A DNA stretch of 64,000 nt from Octopus vulgaris (Eukaryota). The first letter of the stretch is position 1; the number at the start of each line of letters is the position of its first letter. Location: NCBI GenBank assembly GCA_951406725.2, contig OX597820.1, forward strand, positions 18,600,001 to 18,664,000, read 5' to 3'. The notes under the pieces are model-generated. The model searched no databases, was not told where the DNA came from, and saw only the letters and a list, made by a program, of their open reading frames with translations. This document shows, one piece after another, positions 53,030-64,000 of the stretch. The position numbers were made by a program, and so were the translations under genes.

Positions 53030-54120
53030 AAGGCAGCAAGCTGGCAGAAACATTAGCACACTGGGCAAAATGTGTAGCAGTATTTCATCTGCCGTTACGT
53101 TCTGAGTTCAAATTCTGCCAAGGTCGACTTTGCCTTTCATCCTTTCGGGGTCGATAAATTAAGTACCAGTTACGCACTGGGGTTAATGTAATCGACTTAA
53201 TCCGTTTGTCTGTCCTTGTTTGTCCCCTCTGTGTTTAGCCCCTTGTGGGTAGTAAAGAAATAGGTACTTAATTTTATCAACCCCAAAACGATGAAAGTCA
53301 AAGTCGACCTCAGCGGAATTTGAACTCAGAACATAAAGATTGACAAAATGCTTCGTGACATTCTGTCCTGTATGCTAACAATTCTGCCAGCTTGCCACTG
53401 TAACGCCAGTCTTGATAATGATTTCAAATTTTGGCACAAGGTCAGCAATTACAGGGGAGGGGGCATGTCAATTGCATCAACCCCCAGTACTCAACTGGTA
53501 CTTATTTTATCAAACCCCAAAAGGATGAAAGTCAAAAAAAAAAAAAACACCTCAGCAGAATTAGAACATAGACATGGCCTATATTATCAGTAAGCAGTTT
53601 GTTCCGTGTGCTAATGACTCACCCATTTCACCACCTTAACACATGTCTTCCTAATATCTTAAGAACAATAGGGTGGCGAACTGGCAGAAACGTTAGCGCG
53701 CCAGGTGAAATGCTTAGCGATATTTCGTCTACCATTATGTTCTGAGTTCAAATTCCACTGAGGTTGACTTTGCCCTTCATCTTTTTGAGTGTACCAGTTA
53801 CACACTGGAGTCGATGTAATCGTCTCAAGCCCTTTGTCTGTCCTTGTTTGTCTCCTCTATATTTAGCCTCCTGTGGGCAATAAAGAAATAAAAAAAAGAA
53901 ATACCTTTAGAATAAGGCGGCGAACTGGCTGAAACATTAGCACGATGGGTAGCAGTATTACATATGTTTTTACATTCTGAATTCAAATTCTGCTGAAGTC
54001 AACTTTGCCTTTCATCCTTTCGGAGTCGATAAATTAAGTACCAGTTGCATACTAGGGTCAATCTACTCAACTGGTGCCCTCCCCAAAGAATTTCAGGCCT
54101 TGTGCCTAGAGTAGAAAAGA
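53030..54120. mobile_element. Cluster of five family B SINEs in mixed orientation (+,-,-,+,+)
   Basis: Copies at about 53030-53262 (+), 53263-53400 (-), 53415-53640 (-), 53670-53895 (+), 53914-54120 (+). Confidence 0.85.
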
Positions 54121-54432
54121 ATATCTTTAGAATTGATTAAACAAATACCAGCAACAGACCAAGGTCTTTGCGCCTGATCTAAGAAAATCAACATTTCTAA
54201 AAATATTATTAAAACCATATCAGAATATCAAAAATGCTGCAAATTCATTATAGTATTGCAATAAACTTCTAAAAATATTCTACAAGCGCTATAATATAAC
54301 TTAAAATAATTTTTTTTTTCTTTATATAATTGTTAAAAGAGGCTTTTCAGAATGATATAACACAAATATGTACATTCTGTCAGAATGTTCTTGAAATTAA
54401 TTCCTTATTTAGAATCCTAGATTCTTCTGAAG

Positions 54433-54476
<44 letters not shown>

Positions 54477-54609
54477 CATCATTATTATTATCATTATCAT
54501 TATTGTTGTTGTTGTTATTGTTATTATTAGTTTCAAACACAAGAATTCCAATAACTTAAAATGCTAGGCAATAAATACATTGAAATGTTAAAAACAGATG
54601 AAAACGAAC

Positions 54610-54681
54610 ATCGTCGTCATCATCATCATTATCATCATCATCACCACCATCATCAACAACAAAGTCATTATTGCCATCATC

Positions 54682-54738
<57 letters not shown>

Positions 54739-54880
54739 GTCACCACCATCATCTTCGCCATCATCATCATCGCCACCATCATCATCACCATCATCATCAT
54801 CTTCGCCATCATCATCATCATCATCATCATCACCATCATCATCTTCGCCATCATCATCATCATCATCACCATCATCATCT
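54610..54880. repeat. (CAT)n compound microsatellite
   Basis: Direct reading; source of the poly-H/D/S ORFs. Confidence 0.95.
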
Positions 54881-55011
54881 CCAACATGTTTCATGTTTCA
54901 GTAGAAAATATTATGGTTCCTTATGTTGTTCTATTATATGTAATATAAATTTCTGGCAAGATTTTTAAATGAGAATAACATAAAAATATGACATCATACA
55001 TACATACACAT

Positions 55012-55081
<70 letters not shown>

Positions 55082-55339
55082 ATGCATACACACACACACA
55101 CATAAATATGCATGTATGTATAGATGTTTGTCTATGTATGTATGTATGTACATTAACAGATGCATATGTATGTGTGTGTGTGTGTGTGTATGCATATATG
55201 TGTCTACAAACTTATAAATTATATCTTTAGCTATCTATTTACCTATCTATCAATCCATCTATATGTGTGTGTGTGTGTGTGTGTTTATATATATATATAT
55301 TATTATATATATATACATATATGCATGTATGTATGTATT

Positions 55340-55374
<35 letters not shown>

Positions 55375-55554
55375 TCATATCTATACATTTATATATATAT
55401 ATACACAAATACATATATATATACATACACGAACACATATATATACATACATATATATGTATGCATGTGTGTACATCTGTATATCGTATGGAGCTGTTCT
55501 AATTTATGTTGTATGTTGTCCATGTGTCTATCCATCTATCTGTCTATATATCAG

Positions 55555-55612
<58 letters not shown>

Positions 55613-55665
55613 GGTCTATATATCTATCTATCTATCTATCTATATATCAGTCTATCTATCTATCC

Positions 55666-55712
<47 letters not shown>

Positions 55713-56007
55713 AGTCTATATGTCTATTTATCTATCTATCTCTCTTTCTATCTAGCCATCTCTCTATTTATCTATAAAATGCGTTTAAGCAAATATTAGC
55801 AAATACATTACTTATTCATAAAGAAAAGTGTTTGGTGAAAGAACAGAACTACGAACATGGAACCATACATAAAGAAGGAGCACTGCAAAACAGGGATCCA
55901 GACATCATCACCATCATCATCATCTTCATCATCATTATCATCATCACCACCACCATCACCACCACTACCATCACCATTACAATCATTATCACCATCATCA
56001 TTATCAC

Positions 56008-56058
<51 letters not shown>

Positions 56059-56059
56059 T

Positions 56060-56124
<65 letters not shown>

Positions 56125-56599
56125 AAACGTCATCATCGTTTAACTTCCGTTTTCCATGCTGGCATGGGTTGGATGGTTTGACTGAATTCTGGAGAACCAG
56201 TGGCTGCACCAGGCTCCAATCTGATCTGGCAATGTTTCTACAGCTGGATGCCCTTCCTAACGCCAACAAGTCTGAGAGTGTAGTGGGTGCTTTTTATGAG
56301 CCACTGGTACAGGTGCCAGTCAGGCAGGACTGGCATCAATCACATTCAGAGAGTGCTTTTTATGTGCCACCAGCACATGAGCCAGTCAAGTGGGCCTGGC
56401 ATCGATCATGTTCAGATAGTGTTTTTTACATGCCACCAGCACAGGGGCCAGTCAGAGGGTACTGGCATCGGCTAAGTTCAGATAGTACTTATTGTGTGCC
56501 ATGTATATAATATAATATAATATTATGTTAAGAAAGTTTTATTTTTTTGAATTGGCAATTGCATACCTGCATTTTCTTTTCATTTTCATAAATATATAT

Positions 56600-56760
56600 A
56601 GGCGTAGGAGTGGCTGTGTGGTAAGTAGCTTGCTTACCAACCACATCGTCAGGGTTTCAGTCCCACTGCGTGGCACCTTGGGCTAGTGTCTTCTACTATA
56701 GCCTCAGACCGACCAAAGCCTTGTGAGTGGATTTGGTAGACAGAAACTGGGAGAAGCCCG

Positions 56761-56814
<54 letters not shown>

Positions 56815-57040
56815 TTGTGTGTGTGTTTGTGTGTCCATGTTTGTCCTCCCAACATTGCCTGAGAACCAATGCTTGTGTGTTTACGTCCCCGTAACTTAGC
56901 AGTTCAGCAAAAGAGAATAATAGAATAAGTACTAGGCTTAGACAGAATAAGCTCTGGGGTCAATTTGCTCAACTAAAGGTAGTGCTCCAGCATGGTCGCA
57001 GTCAAATGACTGAAACAAGTAACAGAAAGAAAGGAAAAAA
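56600..57040 (+). mobile_element. SINE family A, full-length copy
   Basis: AGGCGTAGGAGTGGCTGTGTGG head, internal (TA)n, CAGTCAAATGACTGAAACAAG tail. Confidence 0.9.
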
Positions 57041-59171
57041 TATATGCCAGTGGCACGTAAAAAGCACCATCGAAAAGTGGCCGATGCCAGTTCTCCCTGA
57101 CTGGACCCCATGCCGGTGGCATGTAAAAAGCACTATCTGAACATGATTGATACCAGAGCTGCCTGACTGGATCCTGTACCAGTGGCACATAAAAAGCACC
57201 CAATACACTCATGGAGTGGTTGGCATTAGGAAGGGGATCCAGCTGTAGAACCATTGCCAGATCAGATTGGAGCCTGGTGCAGCTGCTGGCTTTCTAGACC
57301 TCAATCAAACTGTCCAACCCATGCCAGCATGGAAAACGGACGTTAAAGGATGATGATGATATATAAATATAGAATACATGTTAAGTACAAGACATCACCA
57401 ACAAGTGAAAAATATGTGAACGCATTAGAGAAAAGTACAGGACAAAATACCAAGAGAAGTCTAACTCCTCCTCAGTTGTCGACTGCTTTACTACTCCCTA
57501 TTTCATGCTTTCAACGACAAGATAGGAAAACTTCATAAGACAGCAGCATCCAGAAATTTTTTAAATATAAAATTTGGGGAGAGTTAGGGCTTCAAAAGAA
57601 CAAACAACTACAGAGTGGACATACAAAGTAAACACTCAACAAAGACAAACACTAAGGGTCGTTAGACCAAGACAAATTGTAATGGGTAATGTCTTGTAGA
57701 AATCTTTTGAAGAAATAGAATAAATAGAAGAGAAGAAAATGTCAGGAGGCGACAGAAATATGCATATACGTGTGTGTCTTTGTTTGTCCCTCACCACCAC
57801 TTGACGAGCAGTGTTGGTGTGTTTATGTTCCCACAACTTAGCAGTTCAGCAAAAGCGACCAATAGAACAAGTGCCAGGCATAAAAGAAAACAAAGAGTAC
57901 TGTGGTCGATTCATTCGGTCACAATTTTTTCAAGGCAGTGCTCCAGCATTGCCACAATCTGATGACTGAAACAAGTAGGAAGTAAAAGTATATATATATA
58001 AATATATATATTGTAAGATTCCACAGTTTCTGTCCGCCAAATTCACTCCCAAAACATATTTCCACTCAGGGTTGTAATAGAAAACAATTTCACAAATGTC
58101 AGATACTGGGACTGAACCTGAAGCCATCTGGTTGCAAAGCAAGTTTCTTAACCACACAGCCATGCCTACTCACTTCTGAAAAAAAGAAAAGAAGAATAAT
58201 ATATATAGGTCAAGGAGTGGCCGTGTGGTAAGTAGCTTCCTTACCAACCATATGGTTCCAGGTTCAGTCCCACCTTGGGCAAGTGTTTTCTACTTTAGTT
58301 TTGGGCCGACCAAAGCCTTGCGAGTGGATTTGGCAGACAGAAACTGAAAGAAGCCTGTCGTATATGTGTGTGTGTGTGTGTGTGTGTATTTGTGTCTGTG
58401 TTTGTCTTCACACCATCACTTGACAACTGATGTTGGTGTGCTTACGTCCCCTGTAACTTAGCACAGTTTGGTGAAAAGAGACTGATAGAATAAGTACTAG
58501 GCTTAACAAAGAATAAGTCCTGTGAGGTTCGATTCCTTCAGCTAAAGGCAGTGCTCCAGCATGGCCACAGTCAAATGACCGAAACAAGTGAAAGAATAAA
58601 AGAATAAAAGAATCAAAGAATGGATAAATCAAAATATTAGCAATGTCACAAGATGAAAAACTTTTCGCAACTTTCTTCTTCATCTCTTTCACGGGGTCAT
58701 TGTCCTGTGATATTATTATCAATTTTTCTGCTTTTTTTTTTTTCGTATACGTTCTGCTTTTATCAAGTGCGAATATTTCCATCTTTCTCATCTTTACGAG
58801 CGACATTTGTTCCTGATAAAATAAATAAACAATGATGCCCTAAGAGACCAGAATTACTAACTATAAAAGAATTCTTTGTTCTTCATACCGATACCAAAAT
58901 TCTTTGAAACAATTTTTGCTTGTTTTTCCGTAATGCGTACATGTGTATGCTTGTGCATGTCTGTATGTGCGTGCGTGTTTTGTATTTTTACTGCTCTTTT
59001 CTTTTTTTTGTACGTAGTTCTGTCAGATTATCAGTTAATAAATGCATAACATTGGTCTTGTAAATATTTCAGAAATAAAAAATCTTCAAGTAGACATGAT
59101 GTTACGAACCTTAAATCCAAGATCAAGCCTCGTTTATTGAATTCTGGAATTCTTATGAATTTATACATACC

Positions 59172-59261
<90 letters not shown>

Positions 59262-59264
<3 letters not shown>

Positions 59265-59477
59265 TAATCCCTCACAATATCGTGGTTCACCTATCGCAGT
59301 TTATTATTTATGCTGACGTCAATTCCTCTGTGGTGTTGTTTTGCATTTATAATAAAATAAATATATACAAATTATAAAAATAATTTAAAAAATATACAGT
59401 ACTGTTTCTACTTTGTAGATTTTCACCTGTCGCAGGGGGTTTTGGAATGTAACACCTACGATAGTCGAGTGCTTACT

Positions 59478-59478
<1 letters not shown>
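59262..59478. mobile_element. Tigger/pogo-like MITE in (TA)n
   Basis: TA^CAGTAATCCCTCACAATATCG ... CGATAGTCGAGTGCTTACTA^TA imperfect TIRs with TA target. Confidence 0.75.
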
Positions 59479-59524
<46 letters not shown>

Positions 59525-59837
59525 TGCTTTTAATGTGGCACTAGCACCTACGAGTCCATATATATATATGGACTCATAGGTGTTAGTGCCACATAAAAGG
59601 CACGCACTCATACAAGTGCTGCCTCAAAGCACCTAGTGCACTCCGTAAAGTGGTTGATGTTAGGAAGGGCATCCAGCAGTAGAAACCGTGCCAAAACAGA
59701 TATGGAGTCTGAACAGCCCTTCAGCCGGTCAGCTCCTGTCAAACCGTCCAACCCATGCCAACATAGAAAATGGACATTAAGTGATGATGATGATATATAC
59801 ATACTTATAAGTGCGTGTGTGTGTGTGTGTGTGTGTG

Positions 59838-60072
59838 CATCATCATCATCATCATCATCATGGCTTGGCTTCGCGAACGAAGATCAGGAAGGCTGTCCAC
59901 GTCGCGTGCATGCATGCTCATGACTGACAAGTCCAATATGGGAAAGGCAGGTCCGTGAGCAGTGTCCACAGACGAAGGTAACATCCGGTGTGGTGTCAGA
60001 GGTGGTTTTCTCCTTCCTCCTGCGTCTCTTGTCTTTAAGTGCGTTGCTTCTTTGTTCCTCAAACTTGCTGAC
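59838..60072 (-). mobile_element. RTE-BovB-type LINE extreme 3' end with C-terminal Zn finger and (GAT)n tail
   Basis: VSKFEEQRSNALKDKRRRRKEK...FVCGHCSRTCLSHIGLVSHEHACTRRGQPS* (stop 59884-59886), ~22-nt UTR, then (ATG)8; this frame is not in the ORF track. Confidence 0.85.
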
Positions 60073-60616
60073 AGGGGTCCACTATTTGCTTTGCCATGCA
60101 ATGAATTAGAAATAGGAGTTACATGCCTTTTCTACTACCATAAAGATCTCCCAGACAGTAACACAATTTTATTATGATTGAAATTATATATATATAGGAG
60201 AACCTGTGGAAGGGGTAGACCCAGGAAGATGTGGGACAATGTGGAGAGAAAGGATCCTCTAGATGCTGGGCCTCACTGAGGAGATGACAGACAAACGGAT
60301 TAAGTCGATTATATCGACCTCAGTGCGTAACTGGTACTTATTTAATCGACCCCGAAAGGATGAAAGGCAGTCAACCTCAGCGGAATTTGAACTCAGAACG
60401 TAACGGCAGACAAAATACCGCTAAGTATTTCGCCCAGCGTGCTAGCGATTCTACCAACTCATATATCATATGCATGTATGATATATATATACATATATTA
60501 TACATACATACATATATATATACATCATACATTCATACATATATACTTACCTGCATCATACATAAATCATTCACACATGAAGGTTACTGCTAGCTCTCAC
60601 TGCATACGCAACCATG

Positions 60617-60634
60617 TGCTGCCATCTGTTGGCA
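60617..60634 (-). promoter_or_regulatory. Candidate CTCF-binding motif
   Basis: TGCCAACAGATGGCAGCA fits CCASYAGRKGGCRS with one mismatch, in a short non-repeat island. Confidence 0.3.
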
Positions 60635-61941
60635 TGCTACAGATCTAGTCCAGGAAATTTTTCTTACCACCTTGTATGTGTGCATGTGTGTGTGTGTGTG
60701 TGTGTTTTCATGCATGTGTGTTTGTGTGCAAGTATGTGTGCGTGAGTATGTCTGTGTCACCATACATTAACGAAGACTAGTTTACTTGTATTCACAGTTA
60801 AACAAACAGAATGAGAGTATTATGTGTCATGCTCTATTATTTAGATTATTTAGGTTAGATCTTTACAATTTATTAAAAAAAAAATATGTATATATAAACA
60901 ACAACAACAAAAACACACACAATTAAACACAGATTTATTACTGCATCAAAAAAAAAATACAATAATAATAAATAAAATCAGTGTATCATGAAGAACATAT
61001 TGACAGGGGTTTCATCTGCATATAAATTCATATAAATTCATATAAATTCATATACTGACAAAACACTTTAACACCGAAAGCAAATATGTAACAGAAACTT
61101 CAACAAATTTGGTTTGCTTGCTGTCGACAAAGTAACCAGGTAAACAGACACGACAGGTAAATAAGGAAAGGACACTGTCGTCACCTTATTAACAAAAATA
61201 TAACTTTATAAAATATTTGAAAAACTGATTAAACACATTGGATTTTTTTTTTCCCTTTTTTTTACCGTTTTTTATTTTTATATTTTTATGTGAATGAATG
61301 GAAAGTAATAAAGGTGTTGGTTTCGGAAAACAAAAAATCGGTAGAGCGTTCAATGAAATACCTTGTGGTGTTTGGTTTTAGTCACTTTATGGCTTTGGTT
61401 TTGAATCCCATTCAAATCCCTAGATGTAGGTGTGGCTGTGGGGTTAAGAAGCTAACTCTTGAATCATGTGGTCATGGGGGTTCAATTTCACTGTATGGCA
61501 CCTTGGACAAGTGTTTTTTTTTCTTTTTACTATAATCCCACCATGTCAACCAGGTCAACCAAAGGCTTGTGAGTAGGTTTGGAAAAAGGAAACTGAAAGA
61601 AGCTCATAGAGTATATGTGAGTGTGAATGTATATATATCATCATCATCATCATTATTTATTGTCCATTTTCCATGCTGTCATGGGTTAGGCAGTTTGACT
61701 GGAACTGGCAAGACAGAGCTCTACTAGGATCCAGTTTGATTTTGGCTTGGTTTCTACAGCTGGATGCCCTTCCTAATGCCAACCACTTCGAGAGTGTAGT
61801 GGGTGCCTTTTTTTGTGTCAGTGGCATGGGTACTTTTTACGAGTCACCGTATATATATACATACATATATATATACATACATATATATATACATACATAC
61901 ATACATACATACGTACATACATACATACATACATACATACA

Positions 61942-61977
<36 letters not shown>

Positions 61978-62999
61978 TATATACATACATATATTATTTT
62001 ATTCTTTTACTTGTTTCAGTCAATTGTTTGACTGCAGCCATGCTGGAGCACCACCTTTAGTCGAGCAAATCGACTCCAGGACTTATTCTTTGTAAGCCTA
62101 GTACTTTTTCTATTACTCTCTTTTGCCAAACTGCTAAGTTACGGGGACGTAAGCACACCACCATCGGTTGTCAAGCGATGTTGTGGGGGACAAACATATT
62201 CACACATATATATATATATAATTTTATACATATATACGACAGGTTTCTTTCAGTTTCTGTCTACCAAATCCACTCACAAGGCTTTGGTCAGCCCGAGGGT
62301 ATAGTAGAAGACACTTGACCAAGGTGCCATGCAGTGGAAATGAACCCAGAACCATGTCGTTAGTAAGCAATCTACTTACCACACAGCCATTCCTGCACCT
62401 ATATATATATACAGGCTTCTTTCAGTTTCTGTCTACCAAATCCACTCACATGGCTATAGTAGAAAACACTTGCTCAAGGGGCCATGCAATGGGACTGAAC
62501 AAGCTTCTTATCACTCAAAAAGATTGAATGAGGAAGAGATGGATGATGATGATGAGGAGGAGGAGGGGGAGGGTGAGGGGAGGAGGAGGCAGGGAAGGCG
62601 GGGGAGGCGGAAGAAAAAAGAAAGAAAGAAAAAGGAAAGAAAGAAAGAAGAAAAGAAAGAAAGAAAGGAAAAGAAGGGAAAAGGAGTAAGTGCAGCTTGA
62701 GGAGCAGGCTGAGAAGGAGAAGCAGAGGAGGAGGCGGAAGGGTAACGGGGAGAAGGAAGAGGAAGAGGAAAGTGAAAGGGAAAGAGGAAGAAGAAAAAGA
62801 GGAACAACAACTGTAGCAACAACAACAACGACAACGATGACAGCAACACCTATCGTTCAGAGAGAGGAGGAGAGCTGACCTGTCTGACTGGAATGTCAGC
62901 GAGTGGACAGAGATGCCAATAGACTTGCAACATATCTGGAATCGACATGTCATCTTGGCACTCAAATACGGAGACAACATTCATACAAATGTGCATGGA

Positions 63000-63036
63000 C
63001 ATGCACATATACATGCACGCATGTATATGTGTGTGT

Positions 63037-63079
<43 letters not shown>

Positions 63080-63219
63080 TAATACATATATGCATATATA
63101 TACACATATATATTTATATACATACATATACACACACACACATATATATATATATATATCTATACATATATACATATAACATATATATGTATATAACTAT
63201 CTTTATGTGTGTATATATA

Positions 63220-63258
<39 letters not shown>

Positions 63259-63416
63259 GCACACATATGTATATATATATATTTATACACACACATACAT
63301 ATATATATGTATTTATATATACATATATATGTATATATATATTTACAGACATATATGGTATATATCTATATCTATATGTATATATAAACACATACACACA
63401 CATACACATATATATA

Positions 63417-63513
<97 letters not shown>

Positions 63514-63545
63514 GTATACATATACATATCGATACACACACGCAT

Positions 63546-63581
<36 letters not shown>

Positions 63582-63590
63582 TACATCCAT
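63000..63590. repeat. (TA)n/(CA)n compound microsatellite
   Basis: Direct reading. Confidence 0.95.
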
Positions 63591-64000
63591 AGATACTTGG
63601 TCATATTCATTATTTCAATTACCCACAAGCCAACCAACAAACTCACCTCTCCAAGAAGCCAGCATTCATCTCCAACCTTCACCTCCTTGCAGTCCCTTAA
63701 TCTTAAGAATCCCTCTCCATATTTCGCATATCACATATCTCACAACATTAACAAACACCACAATGCCATTTTTACCAAAACAATTTTCGGTACTTCACAT
63801 CATTTAAAAGACCTAACCTTACATCAAAGTATGTTTTTTTTTTCATTTCTTCCATCGTTGTTCTCTCTCTTTATATATTTTGGCAAGTTTCGCTCTTGGT
63901 TGACGGATTTAAAGCTTTTTTCTGAGATTGTTTTCTTTAGAAATATTCCATTCCACTCACAATAAGATTTGTCAACTCATCACAGCCTAAAATTCCATTG

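Noticed and set aside
59805-60101. 98-aa minus-strand ORF as a host exon
   Set aside because: The alternative frame encodes a recognisable RTE C-terminal zinc finger followed by the (GAT)n tail
61019-61053. (TATAAATTCA)3 as a promoter or TATA array
   Set aside because: A short slippage-type tandem repeat in AT-rich DNA with no supporting context

Overview
Repeat-saturated, AT-rich eukaryotic DNA, intergenic or intronic. The SINE and LINE families and the (TTAGGG)n motifs resemble those of an Octopus/cephalopod genome; this is an inference from recognition, not a database result. Most ORFs in the supplied track are microsatellite artefacts, and no intact host gene can be assembled. Supported content: R4/Dong-type RLE retrotransposons sitting in (TTA)n tracts; a ~550-bp non-coding element using the same target; a nearly intact CR1-like LINE with an internal inversion; RTE LINE 3' ends; Penelope-like remnants with minimal hammerhead ribozyme folds; hAT, mariner and Tigger DNA-transposon relics; a fold-back MITE with internal telomeric repeats; at least three tRNA-derived SINE families, two forming head-to-tail tandem arrays; and a CpG-decayed 5S rRNA copy. 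A few weak candidate minus-strand exons are also visible (signal-peptide-like, Ser/Thr-rich, kinase-like).
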